Positions 38,065 to 46,861 of a stretch of 64,000 bases of DNA are shown piece by piece. This DNA is from an uncultured delta proteobacterium (GTDB taxonomy: Bacteria; Desulfobacterota; Binatia; UBA9968), in contig CAWDPO010000017.1 of the NCBI GenBank assembly GCA_963804165.1, forward strand, positions 256,001 through 320,000, in the 5' to 3' direction. The notes beneath the pieces are model-generated. The model was not told where the DNA came from and did no database searches. It saw nothing but the letters and a program-made list of their open reading frames with translations. Position 1 is the stretch's first letter, and each line of letters begins with the position of its first letter. The position numbers and the translations under genes are program-made.

Positions 38065-39234
38065 CTACGATTCACTGTTTCCCCACACATCCGCTGCTAC
38101 TTCTTGTACAAGCTCCAACTTGCGCCATTGGTCGTCTTCGGTGATCAAATTGCCAACGATGTTCGAAGAGAAACCGCATTGCGGGCTCACGGCGAGCTGA
38201 TTCAGCGCGATGTAGCGGCTGGCGTGATCGATTTTTCGTTTCAAATCATCCGCCGATTCGAGAGCCGGGACCTTGGTGCTCACTAATCCCAAAACGACAA
38301 TTTTATTCTTCGGCACGAATCGAAGCGGTTCAAAGCCGCCGGCGCGCTCGGTGTCATATTCCAGTAGGAAACGATCATGCTGGAGGCCGTTAAATAGCCG
38401 TTCGGCGATGGCGTCATAGGCCCCTTCGCGGTGCCACATGCTGCGCACGTTGCCGCGGCAGAGATGGATGCCATGGGTGACACCGGTGATGCCGGCGATT
38501 ACGGCATTGTCGGTCCTCACTGAACGCTCCATCTTGGCGATGGGATCAATTCCCGCCGCACGCATTGTTTCGAGGGAGCGTGGGTCAACATAGGCCGTGT
38601 AGCTCGGCGCGTCCATTTGCACGTAAGGACAGCCGGCGTCGGCCAACTCTTGAACTATCTGCCGTTCGACTTTGAGGACGTCGGATAAATATTCCTCTAT
38701 GTCAGCGTACACGCCATGGGAGTTCTGCCGGGCAAAATTTTCGCAGATGCGATCCGTTGCGATCAAAGTAATTTTTACGGGCTTGGTCGTCAATACCGAC
38801 GCGTAGCGCCATTCGGCCAACGGACGATTGTCGGCTAGCCGGACGCGCTCGACGATCGGCCGCCAGTATTGCAGCGCGGGGTCGGTTTTCGCCGAATCCG
38901 GCTGCCAACGTTGCAATGGCTCGCCACCCACGGTGCGACTCTCCTGAAATTGTAACGTGGGCTTTTTCGGGACAAATCCGGAGACGGTTTCGACAAAGCT
39001 ATCCTGAAAGTTTAGACGGCGGAATTCGCCGTCCGTGAGGATCGACAGGCCGTGCGTTTCTTGCTGCGCGATCAGTTCTTCGATCGACTCGTCTTGAATC
39101 TGCCACAACTCCTCATCACCGGCTTCGCCCTTGCCATGCCGCGTATAAAGCTCTTTTAGCTTCTGCGGCCTAAGCAGACTGCCAACTTGGTCGACGCGCA
39201 AGTTGGCCACGGACGTTGGTGATGGGTTCGACAT
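38065..39234 (-). CDS. MetE C-terminal-like (YxjH-type) Zn-dependent protein
   Basis: QVGSLLRP, TDGEFRRLNFQDSF, IHLCRGN, LEYD, SPQCGFSS; close paralog of 25648-26808. Confidence 0.9.
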   Translation of the reverse strand: MSNPSPTSVANLRVDQVGSLLRPQKLKELYTRHGKGEAGDEELWQIQDESIEELIAQQETHGLSILTDGEFRRLNFQDSFVETVSGFVPKKPTLQFQESRTVGGEPLQRWQPDSAKTDPALQYWRPIVERVRLADNRPLAEWRYASVLTTKPVKITLIATDRICENFARQNSHGVYADIEEYLSDVLKVERQIVQELADAGCPYVQMDAPSYTAYVDPRSLETMRAAGIDPIAKMERSVRTDNAVIAGITGVTHGIHLCRGNVRSMWHREGAYDAIAERLFNGLQHDRFLLEYDTERAGGFEPLRFVPKNKIVVLGLVSTKVPALESADDLKRKIDHASRYIALNQLAVSPQCGFSSNIVGNLITEDDQWRKLELVQEVAADVWGNSES

Positions 39235-39261
39235 CGAATTGGGATTCGGATCTTGTTTAGT

Positions 39262-40260
39262 TCATCTCCACAACTCTGCCAACCAACCCGAGCGCTTGAT
39301 CTCAGCGATATAGCTATTGTCGTAGTAGACGCTCAAGGGTGTGCTGCCTGCGAGCTTCGCGTCGACGAGATTGAATTGCGCCGATTGTTGCACGATCGGT
39401 TGAATCGACCCCGGCGTTACCGTGGGATCTTTGATGAAAACATCGATCGCAAACTTGTGGGTTTGATCCAATATTTCGGCGTCGGTTTGGCGCGTGTATT
39501 TCGCCAGCACCGCTTTCGCGTGTTTCTCGTTGACAAAGATCTGTTTGATTCCTTCCATCGTCGCCTTGATCATACCGACGACGACTTCGCGATTCCTTAC
39601 GGCGTAGGATTTGCGCGCGACCAGGCCTTGAATCAAGAATTCGACGCCGGCTTTTTTGAAATCCTTGGGGCTCACCAGCTCGCGATAACCGTCCTTCATC
39701 AGGCGAAAGGTGAACGGCGCGGAGGTGATGATGCCGTCGACCAAACCTTGCGAAAGGCTCGTGATCGCCTGGGTCGTCGTGCCGGTTTGAACGATGTTGA
39801 TGCCCTGGACGTTGTGCAGTTTTACGATCGCCTGGAGCGTGAAGTGGGGAATCGCTCCCAACCGGCTGATGCCGATTCTTTTGCCAACTAAGTCCGCGGG
39901 TGTTCGGATTTCCGGTTTAACGATTAGAGATTGAATCGCATAAGGCACCGTCGTAGCTACCTGAACGACGTCACCGCCTTGTAAAACGTTGGAAACGAGA
40001 GGAGGCCCGCCGCCTGCGCCGACGCCCGCTTGTCCGCCCAGCATCGCCTGGATGATCACCGGTGACGCACCGACATAAATCATGTCCACGTCGAGGCCGT
40101 ATCTTTCGTAAAAACGGGACTCCTTAGCGACCCACCAGGGCAGGCTGGCAGCGCTGATCGGTGTGAACGGAAAGGAGACCTTAGTTGCGGCATGAGCAGA
40201 CGATGCGATGGCGCCGATCATCAGCGTGGCCAGCAGAAAGTTTTCAATTATTCTCTTCAC
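39262..40260 (-). CDS. NMT1/THI5/SsuA-like substrate-binding protein
   Basis: Signal peptide; YGLDVD; DLVGKRIGISRLG. Confidence 0.88.
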   Translation of the reverse strand: MKRIIENFLLATLMIGAIASSAHAATKVSFPFTPISAASLPWWVAKESRFYERYGLDVDMIYVGASPVIIQAMLGGQAGVGAGGGPPLVSNVLQGGDVVQVATTVPYAIQSLIVKPEIRTPADLVGKRIGISRLGAIPHFTLQAIVKLHNVQGINIVQTGTTTQAITSLSQGLVDGIITSAPFTFRLMKDGYRELVSPKDFKKAGVEFLIQGLVARKSYAVRNREVVVGMIKATMEGIKQIFVNEKHAKAVLAKYTRQTDAEILDQTHKFAIDVFIKDPTVTPGSIQPIVQQSAQFNLVDAKLAGSTPLSVYYDNSYIAEIKRSGWLAELWR

Positions 40261-40385
40261 AAGATTTGCTCTCTCTAAGCGACTTTGGATACCTCGACCA
40301 GTTCAGTTCATGTTAGCGAAACCCATGGCTTGGCGATTCCTTCTCCCTTGACGGGGGAAGGCTAGGATAGGGGTGCTGCGTGGTC

Positions 40386-42020
40386 TCACGCCGCTCCTCG
40401 CACTTTGTCGATGACCTCAACTGTGTTTCCTGGCATCGCATCGCCGCGCCAGGCGACGTGACCGTCGGGGCGAACGAGTACGAATGGGAGTTCGTATGTT
40501 TCGCGCACTTTCGGTTCGTCGAGCGCGACAACTTCAAACGGCATGCCGACTCCTCGCGCGGCTTCCGTGATCGTGCTCGTGTTCGTGGTTTTGGCCGACA
40601 AGTTCAGTAACGTGAACCCCTTGCCGAACAAGTCCAGCGTCGATCGGCCGTCTTTCAGCCAGACATGGGGCGCGCGCACCCCGGGCCAGGTGGACGGCAC
40701 GTACAGCCCATGATCGAGCTCCGGCGCCGGTGTGCCGTCGGCAACGCAGATCGGTGAGTTCTCGTAGCGATAGCCGAGCTCGATGCCGGCGGAGTCGTGC
40801 TGAAATTCTTTGGCGCGCGTGCGCAGGATCGCGGCGCGGGCCTTTTCGCGGAGCTGTTTGCCTTCTTCGCTATCTTCCTCGATCTGGGCGGAGAAGGGAG
40901 TTTGGTTGTCGTAGCTGGCGCGCATCTCGGCAGCTTCGTTGACATTGATCATGGCGATGGGCTTGCGTTCCGCCGTGTAGCTGTCGATCAAACGCGCGCC
41001 GCCCCAACCTTGCAGCATCGCCGCCAACTTCCAGCCGATATCGATGGCATCGCCGACTCCGGTGTTCATGCCGAAGCCGCCGGTCGGCCAGTTGAGATGG
41101 GCGGCGTCGCCGGCGAGAAAGACACGTCCCTCCTGATATTTCTCGGCGACAACGCAGTGTCCGGTCCACGGGCGGCACATCGAGCAACTCAAATGGAATA
41201 TTTTGGCCCAATGCATGGCGCAGTTTTTCCGGAGCGTTCAAGTCATCGATCTGTTCTTGTTTGACGTTGCGAATGTTTAGACGCCAAAGCTCCTTGCCGT
41301 CCACGGCGGCGATGGAGCCGTTAATATCCGCGTTAATGATTTGGTACATGACGGCCGGGCCATAGCTGATCGATTTGAGAAACGATGAGCGAAACAAAAC
41401 CGCGACATTCATGCCTTGAGAGAAAATGCCTTGATACGGAATGCCGAGCGCGCGCCGGACATTGCTCTTGCCTCCGTCGCAACCAACGAGATAGTCCGCT
41501 GTCGATGGTTTCATCGTTGCCGTTCTTTGCATCGACGATCTTGCAAGTTACTTTTTGCCCGTCATGCTGAAACGATTCCAAAGAATTTGTTGTAACGAAG
41601 TTCAACAGTCGCAAGCGTGTCGACATGCTTGTGCAGCACGGGATCGAAGTATGGCTTTGAAATCCAAAGCCGGCCTTCGGGACTGTAGGGCGAGCGTGAA
41701 TTCGGATCGCCGTTGGCCGGATGGTCGAAGCGCGCGATCTCGTGGCCGGTCATGCGCGTGACAAAAAGATAATTGCGTGGATAGTCGTCGGGATAGCCCG
41801 AGTCGAAGCGCATCCGGTCGGCGATTCCCCAGCGGCGGAGGTGCTCGCAGGTGCGCGTGTTGGCGAGATTGGTCGTCGGAAAATCCACACTGCCGTCGGT
41901 CTGTTCGACGACCAGACACCGGATGTTTCGGTAGGCAAGCTCGATGGCCAATGCCAATCCAACCGGACCGGCGCCGGCGATGAGGACGGCAACATGTGTC
42001 GGGGCAGTTGCTTCAGCCAT
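40386..42020 (-). CDS. FAD-dependent monooxygenase (PheA/TfdB-like), multiple frameshifts
   Basis: VLIAGAGPVGL, YLVGCDGG.S.VR, VFLAGDAAH...PTGGFGMNTGVGDA, LVRPDGHVAWRG split over several frames. Confidence 0.85.
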
Positions 42021-42105
42021 GGCTCATTTCACTGTGATCAACTGCTCTGAATGAAGTTTCTTCGCAAGCGATCGTCTCGTCACCATCTTGAATCTTATTG
42101 TTTTA

Positions 42106-42213
42106 GTCATCCTGAGCTCCAGCGAATGATCTGCTTTTTCCGAACGCCTATAACCTGGCTTGTCCCAAAAGTATAAAAGCAGATCGTTCGTCACTGCGTT
42201 CCTCAGGATGACA
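42106..42213. repeat. Family C palindromic element
   Basis: gtcatcctgagctccagcgaatgatct ... agatcgttcgtcactgcgttcctcaggatgaca. Confidence 0.8.
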
Positions 42214-42401
42214 TTCAAATTGCTGTGCGAGGTAGTAGCGCGTAGCTTCATGCACCTGATTGTAATTGGGCACCTGAATCGCTGCATCCCACGTTGATTC
42301 TCCCCGGCAAGTAAACACGTAGAGAATGTGGCTGTCAATATAAAGAAGCGACGGCTGCTTGACGCCATAATATCGTTGGCATATGGAGAGCGTACGCTGC
42401 A

Positions 42402-43397
42402 ATGAAACTTCCACGAACAATTCTGCATTCGATACTCGTTCAACTGTGTTTTTTCGCGGTCGCTCAATCACAATCCCTGCCTAAGATTCGCATCGGCTAT
42501 CCGTCCATCAGCTCGCGACAGGCGCAGCTATGGGTCGCCAAGGATGAGGGAATATTCCGCAAGCACGGGCTCGACGTCGAGCTCATTTTCTTGCGTGGCG
42601 GACAGGTGGCGATCCAAGCGCTCACGGGCGGCGATCCGCCGATCGTGACGATCGGCAACGTGATTATCGCCAATCTGCAGGGCCATGACATCATTCTCGT
42701 AGGCTCCGTGGAAAATTCCTATGACCAGAGCGTTTTCGCCCGTCCGGGCGGTGGCTCGCGCGTGGAGCATTTGAGGGGTAAGCGCTTCGGCATCAGTGGT
42801 TTTGGATCCGCGACCCACACCGCGGCGCTGATTCTATTCAAGAGATTTAATCTCGAGCCCAACAAAGACGTGTCGTTCGTGCCGACGGGTACCGGGCCGG
42901 AGCGGCTTGCCGCCATGAGCGCCGGAAGAATCGACGCGACTTTCTTCAATCCTTCGGAGGTCCCCAGGCAATGAAAGCGGGTTTGGTGGAAATCATTCAG
43001 ATGGCCGACATCGATTTTGAAGTTCAAGGCAGCGGATTGGCCACGTCGCGAAGCTATATCAAAGCCAATCGAGAAATCGTCAAGTCGGCGCTCAAAGCGT
43101 ACGTCGAAGGAATTTATTACATATTCGCGAACAAGGCGGCGACGCTTAAGAAGCCTGGGCAAGTATATGAGAACCAGCGATCAAGATGTCTTGGACTACT
43201 CCTATCAGCATTATTTGAAGAGAACGCCGAAGAAGCCGTATCCGACAATGAAAGGGATTCAAAATCTCATCGATATGTCGACGCCGCAGATGCCGCAGGC
43301 GAAAAGCGCCAAGCCCGAACAGTTCGTCGATCTCAGCTTTCTCCAAGAGTTGGAAAACGAGGGTTTCTTCGGTGAGATGGAAAAGCGTTACAAATGA
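42402..43397 (+). CDS. NMT1-like substrate-binding protein, frameshifts near 42965 and 43152
   Basis: GIFRKHGLDVE, LRGKRFGISGFGS; C-terminus KPYPT.KGI...FVDLSFLQELE in other frames. Confidence 0.82.
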
Positions 43398-43445
43398 CCG
43401 CGTTTTGAACCGGATTGCCGCAGGCGAAATCAGAAAGGAGCAGTC

Positions 43446-44377
43446 ATGATCATCGACACTCACTTTCACGCGTTTCCCGGAAAATTTCTCGATCTTGTTG
43501 CCTGAAGCCCAGAATGACGTGCGGGGAGTCGGGCTTTCACGCTTTCGACCATCGAGAGTACCTCGATGTTATGGACAAATACGGCATCGACATCGGTGTG
43601 CTTTCGAATACCGGCGGAAGGATCGAGAAAACCGGTCGGGCGCGCGCCCTGGAGCTCTGCAAAATTCTCAACGACGCGTTCGCCGAAGCCCACGCAAAAT
43701 ATCCGCAAGCGCTTCATGGCATTCGCTCGATTGCCGATGGTCGACATGGACGATTGCGTCGGCGAGCTGGAGCGCTGCTACAAGGATCTCAAGATGCATG
43801 GCGTGATGATGCCGACCAACGTCGCCGGCAAATATATCGACGAGCCTGAGTTCGGGCCGTTTTGGGATGCGCTGGCGGCTGGGTGGCAAGCCGTTGTTTC
43901 TCCATCCGGCCAACGCACCGTGCCAGTCCAATTGGGACAAGTACTCGCTGCATCAGAAAATTCTCTGGCCGACGGACAGCACGCTGGCGATTTCCCGAAT
44001 CGTTTATGCCGGTATATTCGATCGCTATCCGAAACTAAAACTAATCGCGTCGCATTTGGGCGGCATGATTCTGCTGTATCTCGATCGGCTCAATTGGCGC
44101 GAGGGCAATCCGGTATGCAAGGAAGAGCCTGAGACGTACTTCAAGAAAATCTATTACGACACCGCCGGGCCGATTCGCGCGGCATTTATAAAGCTTGTCT
44201 GCGATACGGTGGGAGCCGAGCAGATCCTGTTCGGCGCGGATTATCCGCACGGCCGGGGCGGACGGGACGATCAGTTTTATCCGATGACTTTAAAGGAAAT
44301 GGAAGAGCTCGATATCCCTGCAGGCGGATAAAGAGAAGATATATTATTTAAACGCCAAGAAGCTGTTCAAAATCTGA
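43446..44377 (+). CDS. Amidohydrolase family 2 (ACMSD-like) protein, about 4 single-base frameshifts
   Basis: MIIDTHFH, MDKYGID, LFLHP, SHLGG, YYDT, LFGADYPH, NAKKLF. Confidence 0.82.
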
Positions 44378-44424
44378 AAGCGTTCAAATCGTTCAAAATG
44401 TCCAGGACATTGATCCTCGTATTC

Positions 44425-45714
44425 TCAACGCTCAACGACGGCGAGTGTTTCGACATGAAAAGTCTGTGGAAAAAGGTCGATCGGTTGAACCATCCGAAGC
44501 TTATAGTCATGTGTGGTTAACGCGGCGAGATCGCGCGCCAGGGTCGTTGGGTTGCAGGAGATGTAAAATATTTGTCTTGCGCGCAACGCTGCCAAGTCCG
44601 TTTCGAGTCCTTTGGCGCCAGCGCGGGGCGGATCGAGTACGATCTTGCTAAATTGTTCGCGTTTTCGTTTTAGTTCCGCGACGGCCTTGGGCACGGCGGA
44701 GCAAATCCAGCGAATATTATCAATACCGTGTTTTTGCGCGTTGAGCTTACCGTTGGTGATCGACGACTTGTAACCTTCGACCGCAACAATTTCCTTAGTC
44801 CGCTCTGCGATGGGCAAAGTAAAATTGCCGCCACCGCAGTAAAGTTCGAGCACGCGATCGTCGCTTTGGAAGCCTCCGGCGGCCAACAGCATGTTGAGGA
44901 CACGCCGATTACCCTCCGAGTTCACTTGCGTGAAGACATCCCCATCTAAGGTCAGAGAAAGGTCATCCAGTAAATGGACGTTGATTACCGGTTTGCCCCA
45001 AGCCCGGCGCCAGTCGGCGCCTGCGACAATCACGCCGCGAATTTGTTCGTCTTCGCCTGCCAAGTTCGCACACACCTGCTCGTCGCCTGGCGCGAACGGA
45101 CCGCTCGCGCGCAGGACCGTCACGATTTCTTGGGATTCGTCGCCGGCGACGATCTCGACGTACTCGATCGGTGTCGCGAGTGCGCGGACCCACCGGCGTA
45201 TCGAAACAAGCGTGCCGTTCAGACGATCGTCGGCGATCAGGCAGGAGTCGATTTCTACCAGCTGGTGAGAGGCACTGCCGTAGAAACCAAGCGTTCTGTT
45301 CCCGCCTACCTGTAGACGAATACGCCGGCGATAATGGAACTCGTCATTTGACGGAATGATCGGTCTGAGCTCGAAATCTCCCAGCTTGCCGATGCGCCGC
45401 AGGACGTCGACGACGCTTTGTTGTTTGGCTTTCAATTGCGCGTCGTAGCGCAGGTGTTGCCACGAGCAGCCGCCGCAAGCACCGACGTAGGGGCAAGGTG
45501 GCGTTCTCCGAAGCAGCGAAGGCGTAAGCACACGCATGGCTTCGGCGAGAGCATAGCGCTCTTTCGCTTCAGTGATTCGCACCTCCACCGTGTCGCCGGG
45601 GGCGGTGTGCGGAACCATGATCGCCTTGCCGTCCAGGCGGCCTATGCCATAGGGGCCGTAAGAAAGAGCGTCGATGTCTAGCGTGGCCGTGCTTTTCGCG
45701 TTAGTCTGGGGCAT
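44425..45714 (-). CDS. rlmD: 23S rRNA (uracil-C5)-methyltransferase, RlmD/TrmA family
   Basis: TRAM domain, C..CGGC 4Fe-4S motif, FTQVN, ELYCGGG, LDPPRAG, YISCNPTTLARD, DLFPQTFHVE. Confidence 0.9.
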   Translation of the reverse strand: MPQTNAKSTATLDIDALSYGPYGIGRLDGKAIMVPHTAPGDTVEVRITEAKERYALAEAMRVLTPSLLRRTPPCPYVGACGGCSWQHLRYDAQLKAKQQSVVDVLRRIGKLGDFELRPIIPSNDEFHYRRRIRLQVGGNRTLGFYGSASHQLVEIDSCLIADDRLNGTLVSIRRWVRALATPIEYVEIVAGDESQEIVTVLRASGPFAPGDEQVCANLAGEDEQIRGVIVAGADWRRAWGKPVINVHLLDDLSLTLDGDVFTQVNSEGNRRVLNMLLAAGGFQSDDRVLELYCGGGNFTLPIAERTKEIVAVEGYKSSITNGKLNAQKHGIDNIRWICSAVPKAVAELKRKREQFSKIVLDPPRAGAKGLETDLAALRARQIFYISCNPTTLARDLAALTTHDYKLRMVQPIDLFPQTFHVETLAVVER

Positions 45715-45799
45715 TCGAAAAGAGTCTACCAGTGTGCGTAACCCATTTTAACCATCTTTGTGATCTTCCGCCTTCGATCCTATTATCCGGATAACTATT

Positions 45800-46174
45800 A
45801 TGAGCGAACCGCAAGACGATCCGAGATTTCTCAAGGGCATTGAAGAGTTCAATCAGGGACTGTTTTTCGAGTGTCATGAGACACTGGAAGAAATCTGGTT
45901 GGAGGAGCACGGTGAAGATCGCTTGTTCTACCAAGGGATTATTCAGATAGCAGCGGGTTACTTCAAATTAGAACAGGGGGTGCCGGCCGGAGCGCTCAAG
46001 CTCTGGCGCACCGGCTTGGATAAGATCGCGCCTTATGCGCCAGTACATTTCGGCGTCAGTGTAGAATCTCTGATGCAAGCCGTCAGCGCCGACTTGAAAC
46101 AGTTAGAAACCAGCCAGCAAAGCGACGTCGCCAATGTCGCTCTCAATCCACCGACGATAAATTTTATTTGCTAA
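45800..46174 (+). CDS. DUF309 domain protein
   Basis: FNQG.FFECHETLEEIW, YQGIIQIA. Confidence 0.9.
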   Translation: MSEPQDDPRFLKGIEEFNQGLFFECHETLEEIWLEEHGEDRLFYQGIIQIAAGYFKLEQGVPAGALKLWRTGLDKIAPYAPVHFGVSVESLMQAVSADLKQLETSQQSDVANVALNPPTINFIC

Positions 46175-46186
46175 TGATCTTGCCGC

Positions 46187-46861
46187 ATGATCCGCTGCAT
46201 CGACGTTCGCAAAGTCTATCGGCAAGGCGAAAGTGAAATCACCGCGCTGGCGGGTATTTCGCTGGATATACCCAAAGGTTCATTTGCCGTGATCATGGGG
46301 CCGAGCGGCTCTGGCAAGAGCACGCTCTTGCACCTGATCGGCGGCTTGGATCGACCGACCAGCGGAGATCTTTTGGTCGACGGCAGACTGATCGGCCAGA
46401 TGGCGGACGATCAGGTGACGCTGTTTCGACGCAAAAAGATTGGCATCGTGTTTCAATTTTTTAATCTGCTGCCGACCCTGAGCGCCGCGGAAAACGTGGC
46501 GCTGCCGCTCGTGCTCGACGGCCGATCCAAAGCCGAGGCAGATCATCAGGCGGAAACTCTTTTGACCAAGATAGGCTTAGAAAAACGGCAACACCATCTG
46601 CCGGAGGAACTTTCGGGTGGCGAGATCCAGCGAGTCGCCGTGGCGCGGGCGCTGGCGTTTAGTCCGCCGATTCTTCTCGCCGACGAGCCGACAGGCAATC
46701 TGGATTCGAAAAATGGCGAAGCGATCTTAGCGCTGCTCAAACGGATCAACCAAGAAGACGGTTGCACGGTGGTCATGGTGACGCACAGCCCCGAGGCTGC
46801 GCGCTACGGCGACCGGACGATTTTTCTGCGTGACGGTCGAGTGGCAACCGAGACTTCCTGA
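46187..46861 (+). CDS. ABC transporter ATP-binding protein (LolD/MacB-like)
   Basis: GPSGSGKST, LSGGE.QRVA, LADEPTGNLD, VTH. Confidence 0.95.
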   Translation: MIRCIDVRKVYRQGESEITALAGISLDIPKGSFAVIMGPSGSGKSTLLHLIGGLDRPTSGDLLVDGRLIGQMADDQVTLFRRKKIGIVFQFFNLLPTLSAAENVALPLVLDGRSKAEADHQAETLLTKIGLEKRQHHLPEELSGGEIQRVAVARALAFSPPILLADEPTGNLDSKNGEAILALLKRINQEDGCTVVMVTHSPEAARYGDRTIFLRDGRVATETS

